Translations under genes and position numbers: made by a program
Part shown: one piece after another, positions 25,670 through 38,246 of the stretch
How positions within the stretch are numbered: the stretch's first letter is position 1
Layout: each line of letters opens with the position of its first letter
Notes under the pieces: generated by a model
What the model saw: the letters and a program-made list of their open reading frames with translations, nothing else
What the model was told of the DNA's origin: nothing
Databases searched by the model: none
NCBI GenBank assembly: GCA_030704615.1
Contig: CM060734.1
Span: 26,474,001 to 26,538,000 of the forward strand
Reading direction: 5' to 3'
DNA length: 64,000 bases
Source of the DNA: Takakia lepidozioides
Taxonomy: Eukaryota > Plantae > Bryophyta

Positions 25670-26240
25670 TTCCACTAATGGGAAGATGCTGACTAGTATT
25701 GTGAAGTCAGTGTTTTGGGTCAGCTCAAAAACACAAACATCTCTTCCTACCTTGGGAGGGCAGCATCGAGACCGCGATCCCCGCGCGACCTCCGAGCCGC
25801 CGCCGCCGCAGGTATGCTCCACGCCTCTGCTTGCTGCCCTTTCGTTTCTTCCCTCTTTCCCTCCCCCACTCTTCTCTCCACAAGCTTTTGGCCCGGCGGT
25901 GATACCAATCCTACAGAGCCATGAATTCACCCCAGTATGGATCCAAAGATACTCCCTAGGTGGTGGAGTTACCTGCCTTCGTTTGCCAAACTTATCAAAC
26001 ACTTGAACAGTAAAATTAGAGTATGAAACGAGAGTGAAGACAAGTTGGTCTCCGATTTTGAGGTCGAGGTTGAATGCAAACTCCCTCCACCTGCCAATCA
26101 CGAAACAACATTCGCTCATACTACGTCTACTTGGGGGACTGGGCCATATCCTCGAACTCATCCCCGCTACTTGTTGAGGCTGATGACTCCGAGGTGCCAT
26201 GGCCAGACCGACCATGCGCCTGAGCACCTGAAACATCTGT
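25670..26240 (-). pseudogene. B3 DNA-binding domain (REM-like) gene fragments
   Basis: GRWREFAFNLDLKIGDQLVFTLVSYSNFTVQVFDKFG, and a second B3 C-terminal piece RDVCVFELTQNTDFTILVSIF. Confidence 0.7.
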
Positions 26241-27449
26241 CACTCCCACAGAGCTCTGGTACAATCCCATTTCATCCCCCACCTCATCAAAACTAATGTC
26301 CTATGTTGTACTCCCCACTATGTGGGTCATGGTATTCATGAGCCTATGCCAACCATGCTCCTTGGTGTACGCGAACTCCACCAAAGATGGCCCATGAGCA
26401 TTGGGGTAATATCTCCATATCAGGTGGAGATTGTTAAGCAGTGCCTGAAAAAGCAGACGCACTTCAGATAGTCCTGGATTAGGATTGGAACTCATTGATG
26501 TGCAGGTCAAATCAATTGATGGCTTCCAGGGGAGGAAAAAAATATCATCATATTTTCTGTTGTCCGAGCAAATAGAGCTAGCAACATAGGCTTCTTGGAC
26601 AATGAACGCAGGCTAAATGTTGCATTGACTCATGGCAGGTGTTTACATTTCTACACCCTGATTTGTCCCCTTCCCAACTGTCTGCCCCCATTAGAGGTTT
26701 CATAAAGCTTCCCTTTTCCTAGTGGTTGTTATCTTGCATGTGAGCTTAGCGACTAAGCAAGGCTGGAGATAGAGTACGATGACAGTAGATGCTGTAGAGA
26801 CTAATGACTGAGCAAATGAAGGTGAACAGTCAAACATGGCAAGGCCAAGGGTTAGGCCTTTGGATAGCAAGCAGCAAATACCAAGGGGTATTCTCAGAGC
26901 AAGGGAATCCTCAAAGGAGGATCTGATGTGAGTGTTTGGGGAGGGAGCCACACAAGCCTGTTCTTGATAAGCAAGACTAAGAGCATAGCATGCTATGGTA
27001 CTCCTTGGCAAGTAGCAAGATGAGGATTCAACCATCACATCACCGCATTCACTAAAGGCATGAACAGAATCAAGACACAAGGAACAAACAAGGAATTTTG
27101 TGACAAGACCCCACCTCTCTGTTTTTCTTTCCTTGCCCTCTCTCATTCTCTCTCCCTCTCTTTTGTGCTACTCACCAAAAACAAAAAAAAACCAGAATTT
27201 GTAGATTGTGACCTTCATCGAGACCATGATGCACATGTGATGGGTGTAATTTTTTGGATATCCCATTAACATATGTGATTTACATAGCGTAAAGTCTTGG
27301 TGCCAATTTGCATCACTTGCTCCAGTTGCACGTTGTTGCTTTTGTGGGAGTCGTTTGACACAACCACCTAAGTCGTAACAGTTGTAACATCCATTTCAGG
27401 ATCCAGAGAGAGAGGGACACATGATTGCAAGACCATTGATTAATCATAG

Positions 27450-28112
27450 TGTCGTGCGCATACATATCGCTACACAACTACATCGTTGTCCAAAACCACA
27501 CAACACATGCGCACACCACACACTAGTATACCACTAGTCCAACCACTAGGTTGCCACTAGTCAGTCGCTAGGCTGCCCACTATGGCAGTCACTAGTCCAC
27601 CACAATGATAAAGAAGAAGAATACAAGCACAAGCTCATGCGAGCTCACAAAGCTGAAGCATAAACTCATGCATATATAAACTCATCACTCAAATACAAGT
27701 CAAGCCAAGTGCACCCCACGCCATGGGGAATCCACACTACGGCGCCATAGCTAGGCGCGGTGAGGCTCAACTCGAGAAAGATGAGCCTCCCGCACTTGCC
27801 GTGAAGATAACCACGCTAGGGCCTAAATCTGCCTTGACCCCTAGATTGATACTTTGGCCAATCCCAAATGTCAATATGTAAAAGCTAGCTATTTCCTAGC
27901 TAGTTTCACACTAGTGGTGAAATAACTTGACAGCTGTCGTGCGCATACATATCGCTACACAACTACATCGCTGTCCAAAACCACATAACACATGTGCATA
28001 CCACACACTAGTATATCACCAGTCTACCACTAGTCCAGCCACTAGTCCAACCACTAGGCTGTCACTAGTCAGTCGCTAGGCTGCCCACTATGGCAGTCAC
28101 TAGTCCACCACA
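27450..28112 (-). repeat. 3' terminal repeat block: A (27450-27604), B (27606-27932), gc, A (27935-28112)
   Basis: A (tgtcgtgcgcatac...ccaccaca) occurs twice; B matches 38247-38568. A short purine tract (sense AGGGGGG, 28117-28123) precedes the block. Confidence 0.92.
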
Positions 28113-28381
28113 ATTGCCCCCCTAGCTGGTGCTTAGGTCCCTCTAAGTCCAGGTAGCCACAAGATGTGATAGTGACCGTAGCCTCACTAAGTCCTCCACC
28201 ACTGTTCCTACTACACTCAAACTCGATAAATCAAGAGGCCAGGTGCAAGAGTTGCCCTATCGTTAGTCGTCGTCTTGCAACTTGTGAACTTGAACCTGGG
28301 ATCTCGTATATTGACTCCTATGAGTTTGGCCTCCTATGTCTTGTTAGCTGCCTCTAGTCATGTCCACTGCCACTATCCCAA

Positions 28382-29690
28382 GCAGTGTGGACACAACCAA
28401 TCTCCATCAGGAACCTTCTCAAGAGGTGGTGTCAAGCATCCCATGTGCCAACCTCTTGAGCATCAATCATACACCAGCATGGTGGCTGCCCCTTTGGCAG
28501 ACCCACAGAGCATGCACCTCAAACCTGCAGGTACCACTGCCAAGTTTGGGTCAACTCTGCCATCGACATTGGGAAGGTGACATGGCGCACAATTATGCAC
28601 ATGGTCTTTCCAAGTCATGCCATCCCAACCTTCCAAGATCAGGACTCCTGAGGGCAACACCTCTCGAACCCTCAGAATAACACACCCTGCAGTGACATCC
28701 AGGGTCGTAAGAGCAGTATGCTGCAAATAAACATAGTCACCAGGGCTAAACCTCCGAACCCCAGGACGATATCCTCCACCACGTATAGTGGCATACCTCA
28801 ACGTATCACGGTGCTGTGCAATGGCAAGGTTCTCAAAAGCCATGGGCATGACTTTCTTGAACAACTCTGCATGCTGATCACATGCACGTACCCACACGTG
28901 TGGATCGTCAAGGTTCAGGACTTGAGTAGTGTCCCTACAAATGGCTGCAGGCAAATCCGGCTCTCGGCCAAAGAGAAGGAAATATGGTGAGAAAGAGGCA
29001 AGTGATGCTTGTTTGCTGAACCTGTAGCCCATGGCTAACCAAGGCACCTGAAGATCCCAATCTCCTAGGTGTCCTTTCTGCAAGCCATACTTGCGTAAAC
29101 CCCTCTTCACCGTCTGAACAACTCTCTCTGCCAAGCCATCGGCCTCAGGATGATCCCGAGAAATGGTGGTGCGGTGGTCTATCAAGGCTTTATCACACAA
29201 AACCTGAAACTCCCCTAAGAACTCTCTCCCTTGGTCCGTGAGTACCTCAGCTGGAGCACCGAATCGGCTAAGCACACGATCCAAGAATGCATACGCAGCC
29301 CCCTCACTAGCCTTGTCAGGCAATGGAACCAACTCAATCCACTTGGAGAAGTGCTCCACCATCACCAACACATATCTGTGGTGGCGCATAGTCAGTGGCA
29401 AGGGTCCTGCGAAGTCAAGACTCCACCTGTAGCCCAATCCCATGATTGTTAAAGGATGCAACTGTGGTGTAGGGGCGTTGAATGAAGCATGCACCCTGTC
29501 ACACACCATGCATCTAGCCACGAAGTGTTGCACCTCTGCATGCATACCACGCCACCAATACTGCCCCTGCAGTAAACTGTGAGTGCGTCGCACTCCAAAA
29601 TGCCCCAACTCCTCATGGGCATGCTGCACTAACCGTGCACGCTGTGTTGGGTGAGGCACAATCCTCACCCGACCATCCTCCCACACTCGG
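28382..29690 (-). pseudogene. Gypsy DDE integrase with C-terminal PHD finger
   Basis: HHCC (HEELGH..CMVC); WSLDFAGP, LTDQGREF, GLAER; then CMLC..[32 protein letters not shown]. Confidence 0.93.
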
Positions 29691-29707
29691 AGTAGGTGTA
29701 TCCCCTC

Positions 29708-31498
29708 CTACTTGAACCTCTTGGCTCGTTGCAAGATCCGATCCCTCTCCCTGACAGTCACAGTGGCTACCGTGTCTCCAGTATGGAGGTAGTCCAACAC
29801 AGCCGAATCCTCATGTATATCTCTGGTACCACCTGGCTCATCACTAGCCTCAGGGTCCTCAGACACTCCGTCTATAGTCATCCCTGTTAGAGGTCCAACC
29901 TGACCTCCCGATGCCAAGATACACAAAAATGCATATGCGTGCCATCTCGGCACCATCTCCTCATCTGTCTCACTATGCCAGCGAGCTCCAATGTCATCCT
30001 GTTGGCTCATGCATGGATTGCGACTCAATCCATCCGCATCCCGATTGACCAAACCCGGTCGATGCACAACCTGAAAGTCATACTTCTGGAGTATGAGTGC
30101 CCACCGTGCAAGCTTCCCCGTAAGCTTGTCTGACTCCATCAACCACTTGAGTGGCTGGTGATCCGTGACAAGGGTCAAGAGATTGTCGTATAGATAGCAC
30201 CTGAAGCGTGCCACGGCCCACACTGCAGCTAAGCACTCTCCCTCATATGAGCTATACTTAGCCTCTGCAGTGTTGTTTGAGCGGCTAGCATAAGCCACTA
30301 CAAACTCTCTTCCCTCATCATCCACATGTGTGAGCACCGCTCCAAGCCCCAGCATGCTCCAATCCGTATGCAGGTGAAAGGGACGCCTCCTGATAGGTTG
30401 TCTCAGGATAGGCGCCGATGTCAACCTTGCCTTGAGCTCTTGAAAAGCTCCTTCCTGCTCATCTTCCCACTGCTACTCCTGGTCCACCTTGGTCAGCTTG
30501 GTTAGAGCCTTTTCAATGGCACTAAATCCCTTGACAAACCGTCTATAATAGTTTGCCAACCCCATGAAAGCTCGAACTCAGCTCACATCCGTGGGGCGTG
30601 GAATTTGTGCAATGGCCTCAACCTTAGTCTGTTGTACCCCCAATCCTCCAGGATATATCATGTGACCCAGATACTCAATCTGGTTGTGGAAAAACTTGCA
30701 CTTCCCCGGATGCAACTTCAATCCGTGCGCTCTTAAGCGCTCCAATACCACCTGAAGGTGTCTCTCATGCTCCTCCACCGTAGCACTAAAGATGATGATG
30801 TCATCTATGTAGCACCGAGCAAAGTCCACCCCTGCTAGAATCCTATCCATGACTCTCTGAAACTCTGCAGGAGCGTTCTTAAGCCCAAATGGTAAGAACT
30901 GCCACTGATATAGGCAATCCTTGCCATGCTCATTGATCCCCCAGAATGCTGTTTTCTGCTTGTCCACCTCCTTGATCGGCAACTGGTGATATCCGGATCG
31001 TAAATCCAAAGTGCTAAAGACCTTAGCATGCCCGATGGCATCAAAGATCTCCTCTGGTGTTGGCATGGCATACTTATCAGACTTGGTCTGACAATTTACA
31101 GGCCGGTAATTACCGCACATACGTCTCTCCGTCCAATTGCCATAGACATCCTTCTTGGCTGGCATCACTGTGGCTGAAGCATACTCTCCACCAGAGAGCT
31201 CCACCAAACCAGCCTCCCAGAGATCTTGAGTCCTCATTTGAATCAAAGACCTCTCCATGTCACTGTATCTATAGGGTCTCCGAAAGATTGGCGTGTCAGT
31301 AGCCAACTCAATATGAATCTCTTGACCCTTCAGTGCTCCTAAGTCCTTCAAACTGAAGGCAAAGCAATTCCTGTAAGCCCTCAGGAACCGCCGTATACGT
31401 TGTCTCTCTCCTCCGGTGACAATGGGTCCAGTGTCAGGCTCCCAATTGTCCTCCGTAACTGAAACCTTAAGTCCAGTGGGCTTAGAGGTAGAGAGCCG
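29708..31498 (-). pseudogene. Gypsy reverse transcriptase and RNase H
   Basis: LDLRSGYHQ, LPFGLKNAP, YIDD; HTDWSMLGLGAVL, YSSYEGECLAAVW, TDHQPL. A few in-frame stops. Confidence 0.96.
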
Positions 31499-31819
31499 CT
31501 ATGTTGCAACCTCTTGAGCAGTACTCCCTACCTGCTCAGTCAATGACAAGGCCTCATCCTGCCCCATCATCTCATCCTCGAGGACTTCCTCAACCCGAGA
31601 AAAATCCCCAACCTCATCCATCACCGCCACCTTGGCTGCCAACTCCCTCTGAACCTCGAGCACCTCCCACGTGTGCCATGGATGTCTGCACCCCGTGGTC
31701 CTCTCATGCTCACCCCCACTCACTGCCTGTACTGTCTTGGTAGGCAGAGAGACCATCGAGGGAAGTGTACTCCGCACTCTGCGTTGCTCAGCCATAGCCG
31801 CTGATGATAATCCAGGTCA

Positions 31820-32750
31820 AGCAATTGAGATCCATTGCTTGCCCCCAACATCTGACGATGTGATGCCTCAGAAAGAGATGACACCATCGTGGTACCAGTG
31901 ATAAAACCCATTGCTTGCTCACGCTCGTCAGCATTAGGCTCCACTAACTGCTGCAACTGAGCATCCCACAGGAGGCCAGGTCCACTATCCCCGAAAACAT
32001 GCGATCTTGGGAAGCTGAGCAGTGTAGGTAATGCTGCTCGTGGTTGACCCACCTTGTTGACCACTGCCAAAGGCGAACGGTCATTGTGTCTCACACGCTG
32101 AGACTGCCTCCTTGTGTCCAAAATGCTATCCACTGTGAGGTGTGTTGGCCGCTGCACCCCATCAAATGCACGCTTGAGCAGTGCGTGTGGCATCAAGTTA
32201 GTCCACCATAGCCATGGACGATGAGCCCGTGATCCCACTGTAGCTGCATCTAGCAACACTGCTGACCCAAGCCACGACCGGACTTGATGCACACTGGCCA
32301 TCACCCTGGCCCGAGAATCGCCCATCACTGGCACATTCTCCAAGATGTATGCTGGAGATACAGCCTGATGAAGCTGCAAGTGGCGCAAAACCCGCACCAT
32401 CTCCCAAAACAGACCCGACCTCGAGTCTCGCAATCCATTGCCATGCCCGGCTGATGAATGCCCTTGGCAGGGCCATCTTGCCACTACCAGATCAGTGGAG
32501 CCAACCCACTCCAAATCCTGCGCCCCCAGCAACGAAATGTCTGCTGGCAAGGCCTGTTGATATCCATGAACTGCAGACACCGACAACAACTCAGGGTACT
32601 GCTGCACCAACTGAGCAACATGACAAAGTAAAATGCGTCGTGCAGTCTCATCCGTCTCCACATACAGGTAACGCCGAACTCGTACACCTGCTTGTAACAC
32701 AACAGCCAATCCAGTGCTGATCCCGCCAAACAAGTCCAGAAGACAAATGC
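31820..32750 (-). pseudogene. DNMT3-like C5 cytosine methyltransferase domain inside the retroelement polyprotein
   Basis: Motifs in canonical order: I LLDLFGGISTG; II VETD; IV DLVVARWPCQ; VI ILENV; VIII AHRPWLWWTN; IX EREQAMGF; X RQMLGQAMD (after a 1-nt frameshift near 31842). Confidence 0.92.
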
Positions 32751-33149
32751 CTTCATCCAGATATTACCACACAATAGGTGTGGTATCCAATGGTGACAAC
32801 TGAGGTGGTCCTGGTGCAATCCCCGTACTCTTATCCTCTCCTGATGGTACAAAAGCCTCCACCCAGGCTTGTTGCACCCGTCGATCAGCAACCCGCTGCA
32901 AATCCTTGCTCGTGCCCCACAATGAAGTATGAGCAACCATGGCAGACAACTCCGCCATATCATACATGTCATCCTGCTCTCCTGGAGGTGTGTCATCCTT
33001 TGAATGAGCGTTGCCCTCTAGCAACTTTCCAGGCCAAGTCACTGCAGCTGTGAATGCTGCTAGTGTCGGCATCTTGCCCCGCTGGGCAACCGCAACTCCT
33101 CCTATGAACGTCACAGGGAGCTGCACACGCCGGCCCTCCCCTGACTGCC

Positions 33150-33500
33150 ATCCAGGCCTATAGGAAGCTGACTCATCCCAAAAATCCAGGGTGAAGCCCA
33201 TGGGGTACAATACTGCCCTACCAACCAGGACATCATACGAGACCGCGTCTGTCACAATGGCCTTGGCTCGCATCACTGAGCCATCTATAGGGTGATCCGG
33301 CCGTAGTCTGATAGCCAACTCATGCCGTGTCATGCCCCGAGCCTGCTCCAATCCTCCCAGAGACGTCTATATCTGGAAAAGACAAGGCTCCATATCCGCC
33401 TCCGTGAGGCCCAAGCTTGCAAATAGCAGCTCTGCCCGCATCAATGGCTGAGCTCCCGAGTCCAACAAGACCCGCAATGGCCGGTACCTCTTGCCTGCCG
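33150..33500 (-). pseudogene. Retropepsin aspartic protease
   Basis: RVLLDSGAQ catalytic motif and the C-terminal YDVLVGR motif. Confidence 0.8.
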
Positions 33501-33859
33501 GTCCACTCAAATAGAAAATGTCATCTTGGTTGTCTAACATGACAACTCCAGGTGTCACCATGGCGCGTACAATAGCTGGCCTAGCTAGTAGCTCCATCAA
33601 CCTGGCAGCTGCAGCTTGCCATGGTGCCGCCGTGGCAGTCTTGACCCTCAAATCCGAGGATCCCTCTGGCACTACACCTCCACTATCTCCGCAGAAGATG
33701 AAGTAACCTCCACTCTCACAGAGTGTAGCTGCCAGCCTGAACGCCTCAGCTGGTCTTACCCCCTGCGTCGCAAATCATGGTAGCCAGAACAATGGAGCTG
33801 ACACACAAATGTAGCCACTCCCAGCAGCACACTAGTTGCCGTAGCCTTGGAAACACTAG

Positions 33860-35657
33860 GTAGTGGTACTGCCCGTGTAGCTCTCCCCCAATGGCATAGT
33901 AACCTCCACCTCGGTAACAGTCGGGCGAGAACTAGGTGCCATGGATGGCGTCGACACTGTCTCCGCCAATGTGAATGACTCAGGAAGCCTAGCCTGACGG
34001 CTTGCCTCCCCACGCTGTGGATCCAACTCCACCTCTGCACCTCGTGGCTCAGGAACTCGTGCTGCTCCTCGAGTCACGGCTGCAGCAGACTCCACCTGCA
34101 CTAGTGGTAGTGTTGCTCCGCACATGAATCCCATGCCTTCCATATCTCCTCCCTCAGGAGCAGGAGGTGGACCATCCGGCCTTGGAGCCGGTACCACCTG
34201 AGCTGTAGCCATGGCAGCGAGCCTCTGCTCTAGCTGCTGAAGCCGGTTGGCCATGCTTTGGTCAACACCCTGACCTCCGCGTCCTTGGTCATGTTGAGCT
34301 TGCCCTTGGCCTACACCCCATGCCTGGCCACCTCGTCCTCTCTGGGCTGATCACCTCGCCCCCGGCCACCATTGTTCCCTCTTGGAACTGGCCTGGGCGC
34401 AACTCAGGATGCAAACCATAACACTGGGCCTCTCCATGCTCGTGCTTGCCACAATGCCCACACTTGCAACTGTGCAGGCTGTGCATATGCGGCCCTTTGC
34501 CTCCTCTGGGCAATCCTTGTTGACATGGGGTCCTCCACATGTCCAACACACCACCTCCGCCCGTTGTTGGCCTGCAAATGAAGGGAGAGACCCTGCATCT
34601 AAGGTCCTCTCTGTCCTTCCCTGGGCTTCACCTGGACCCCCTTGTTGCCTTGAGCACGTTGAGGTAGTGGTTGGCTAGGAGCACAACTACCCCGTGGTGT
34701 CTCCTTAGGTCTCCTTAGCAAATCCCACCATGACCACTCATTCCTCCACCATGTTGAGCTCTATCCGCTCTGCCAACAAAAACACATTTGTTAAAGTGGG
34801 TTGGGCCGATTGTAGGAGAGTTGCATCCCGCACCCTTCTCCTCAGCTCCTTGTCCATATCCCATACCAAATTGGACTGCCTGAGCTTTCGTAACCCCTTG
34901 GGTTACATTTATCAGCGCCTCATGCGAGTGAAAGCCTCCCTCAAGCTCTCAGTAGCCTTCCGTTGAAACTCTTGCAAGCTTCGCAACTTCTCTGTCCTCA
35001 CCCCTTGGTAGTTCCCTCTCAACTCTTCGAAGAACTCCACAACAGGGTTGAAGGCAGACACGGGTATTAGTGCTGGTGCGGTAGTGGCTTGGGTGGACGT
35101 CGTAGCTACTGTACCACTAGTCCCACTGCTGCTTGCTGAAGCTGCCGGTACAGCGACAGGTGTAGCCAATGCCCTCGTGGCTCTAGTGCCCCTAGTGATG
35201 GAGACATAGTCGGGTGACCAGTACATCCTCCACTCCTCGATCTCATCCTCATGCCCCTGCCTGAACTCATGTTAATCATCCATAGGCGGCCCCTCAAGGT
35301 GCTGAACAGCCCCTTCCATGCCATGAAAGGCGTAAATAGTTGTGGATTGCGCATTTGCTGCAAATCACACCAACTATCAAACTCTTGGATAAAATCATCC
35401 AACTCGATGGTGCCCACCACCTCAAAGTACCTTCGTGGCCCCTTGGTAGCTCCATACATCTCCTCCATTGTGTCCCACAACAATGGCAAGGAAACAACTT
35501 GCACCGCCGGTGTGAGTCCTCCTGATTCACAATCCGAATCAGAACCTTCCGTAGAAGACACATGAGGTGAAGGTGGCCTAAACCGCACACCTCGTCTCGT
35601 GTACCCACTAATATCGCTAGTGCTCGAACCAGCACTGTCCCCAACAACTAGTGGCAC
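33860..35657 (-). pseudogene. Gag with zinc knuckles
   Basis: QRKATESLREAFTRMRR (major-homology-region-like); CWTCGGPHVNKDC and CGHCGKHEHGEAQC knuckles; frameshifted. Confidence 0.8.
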
Positions 35658-36399
35658 CTCCGTGTTGACAAACTGTCACTCAACCGGTCATGAACATGTC
35701 CCTAACCCCCTCTCCACAAGGTAACCGGGTAGAGAACCTATTGCGGCTTATGGTTTGGAATACTAGGTTCCTAACATAGCCTACACTTGCACCTGCATCC
35801 ATCGCAAGCACTCCTATGGTTGGCTGGTCATCACCTCCAACCTCACCACAGGAGAAACAATGATGGTCTGACTGGTCATCACCCCCCAGCCTCACCATCG
35901 ACAGCATGCTCTAGGATTGGCTGGTGATCAAATCCGGACCAATCCCTATAAAACAAGCGCCCACACAAAACTAACATGGCGCACAGTCAAGCATGCAGGT
36001 ATGGAGGGGATCCAAACACAAGAAATCAGAACGACAACTCTCCCACACCAAAAAAAACTCCACGGTGTTGCTCCTGCAAGGACACCCCAGCCCCAACCCG
36101 ACTGACTCTTGCCTCCACCTACGGAAAGGTCTTGGCCTAATGAGAGGGTGGAAAACTACGAGGAAGAGAAGCTAAAGCAACGCCTAACCCCAGCATGCCC
36201 TCATCCCAACACTCTTCCTCTCCTCTCTTCCCTCACTTGCATGACCATGGGAATATCATGAAAATACTCCTCAAACCGCCCTCCACGAGCATCAAAATTC
36301 GGCCTTCAAGACCACATGCCAGTCCTTAGGCAGTCCACCAGTGCCTCCACGAGTCAGCATAGGCCGTCCATAGGTCAACACGGGCCACCAAAGACCAGC

Positions 36400-36700
36400 A
36401 CAGGCCCACACAGATCACTGGTCACAGCCATCACAGCCCCAAATGCCACAGCCTGTCACAGCCCATCACAACCCCAAAGGCCACATGGCACAGCCTATCA
36501 CAGCCCCTCACAGCCCATCACAGCCTGTCACAGTCCGTCACAGCCCCACAGGCCACAGGTCACAGCCTGTCACAGCCCTACACAGGTCACAGGATCACAG
36601 CCCCACAGGCCACAGCCTGTCACAGTCCGTCACAGCCCTACACAGGTCACAGGGTCACAGCCCCACAGGCCATAGCCCATCACAGCCTGTCACACAGCCC
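36400..36700. repeat. CACAG-based minisatellite in the retroelement leader
   Basis: Dozens of cacagcc/cacagg units. Confidence 0.85.
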
Positions 36701-38246
36701 CCCCTCCATGGCCACTCATGGCAGTTTCGCCATTTCTCCAAGGGGTTTAGCCACGCCAAGCTAGGGTTTGTGTCTCTTGGACTCTAGGCTTCTTTGCACC
36801 GAGCTATGGCGGCTATGAGGAAATCAACAAGTATTCTTGCTCTTATGGCCCCTACACACCACCAATAGTAGCTCTAATTCCAAAGGAAGATGTTTGCAAC
36901 CGAAACTAAGTGCACAAGCTTCCTTTTAACTCACAAAACAGCGCCATTGATCCCTATGGTGACTAACCAAACATGGCTGACTTCCAGCCCTTGTAGGCAC
37001 TCATTCACGTGCTTTTCTTGACCATAGCATGCCCTTCGCACCTAATCCAGCCCCTGCACCTACTGCTTCAAGAGTTGTGCTCCCTTCAAGCTTGAAGTTG
37101 AAACCCCAACTCACATAGACCCTACAAGTGCTTTTATTTCACCCCAAGTGGAAACCAGCCCTAGCCCTTCCGTTCTAGCTCTCTAAAGCTTGAAAACAAG
37201 AGCCTCAATGGGCTGAAGGCATGCTCCACACATGCCCCACTCTCACCATAAGAGAATCAGCTCATTTGCTTCATTTCTTGCACCCACAAACCTAAAAATA
37301 TAAGCTTCAGCGGGCTGAAAACATGCTCTACACATGCCCTACAGGGAAACCTGCCCCTTCCTTCCTTTCTTGCACTCCCAAACCTGAAAGTACAAGCCTT
37401 CAACAGGCTGAAAGCATGCTCCACACATGCATTGCCCTCACATAAGGGAAGTCAGCCCTTCCCTCTTCCTTGCTTGCCCTCCAAGCTTGAAGATGGAAGC
37501 TTTAATGAGCTGAATACATACTCCACACATGCAACCTCTTCACACAAAATGTATCAGCCCCCTATCTTGGCTCCTTGGCTCCTTGATGCTCTCTAAGGCA
37601 AGACTAAGCACTCCACAGCCTTTGCCAAGCTCCTGAAACCCTAAGGCTTACATTTCCAGCCACAAGACCCTCCTCTTGTGGTGCAAGAGCTCTTCTTCCA
37701 AGCTCTGAAACCCTAGGTGCACATTCCATGGCCTTGCCGCACCTCTTAGCTCCTGTTCCAGCCCTGCTCTTGCCATGACAAGAGCCCTCTCAATGCTGAA
37801 GCTCGAGATTGAAACCCAATCTCAACATACTCCACAAAGTGCACTGATTTGCCCCAAGCCAAATCAGCCATTTCGCTTGGTCTTGCAATCGTTCACACAA
37901 TGAAAGCTCACATTCCCAAGTCTAGTTCTCAGCTTTGCCACCAAAGCCACTTTAACTTACTCTTGACTGGTCCTCTTCCCTATCGTGCTTGCTCATGCAT
38001 GTACACAATCTGAAACCATCAAGGTGCTCTGGAATTACCTGCAGCATGGTGCTTTCATCTCTGAAGCTGAAGATCGAATGCCAAGGTCTCTACCTCGTAA
38101 CCCACATCGCCTCCGCTTCTAACAACCAAGAGCTCAACGGTGCTCCTTGCATAACAACCTGGTTTCTCTCATTCTCAAGCAAAAACCACAAGTGCTACAA
38201 CTAAGTCGTATCTGGCACTTACAGATACGAGCTCATCTTTCTCGAG

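Noticed and set aside
25178-26236. 352-aa ORF as an intact gene
   Set aside because: It is a chimera of B3 fragments read through low-complexity sequence into CACTA subterminal repeats.
31720-32733. Bacterial restriction-modification methylase or contamination
   Set aside because: The domain is embedded between Gypsy protease and RT in two copies, has DNMT3-like motifs, and has no partner nuclease.
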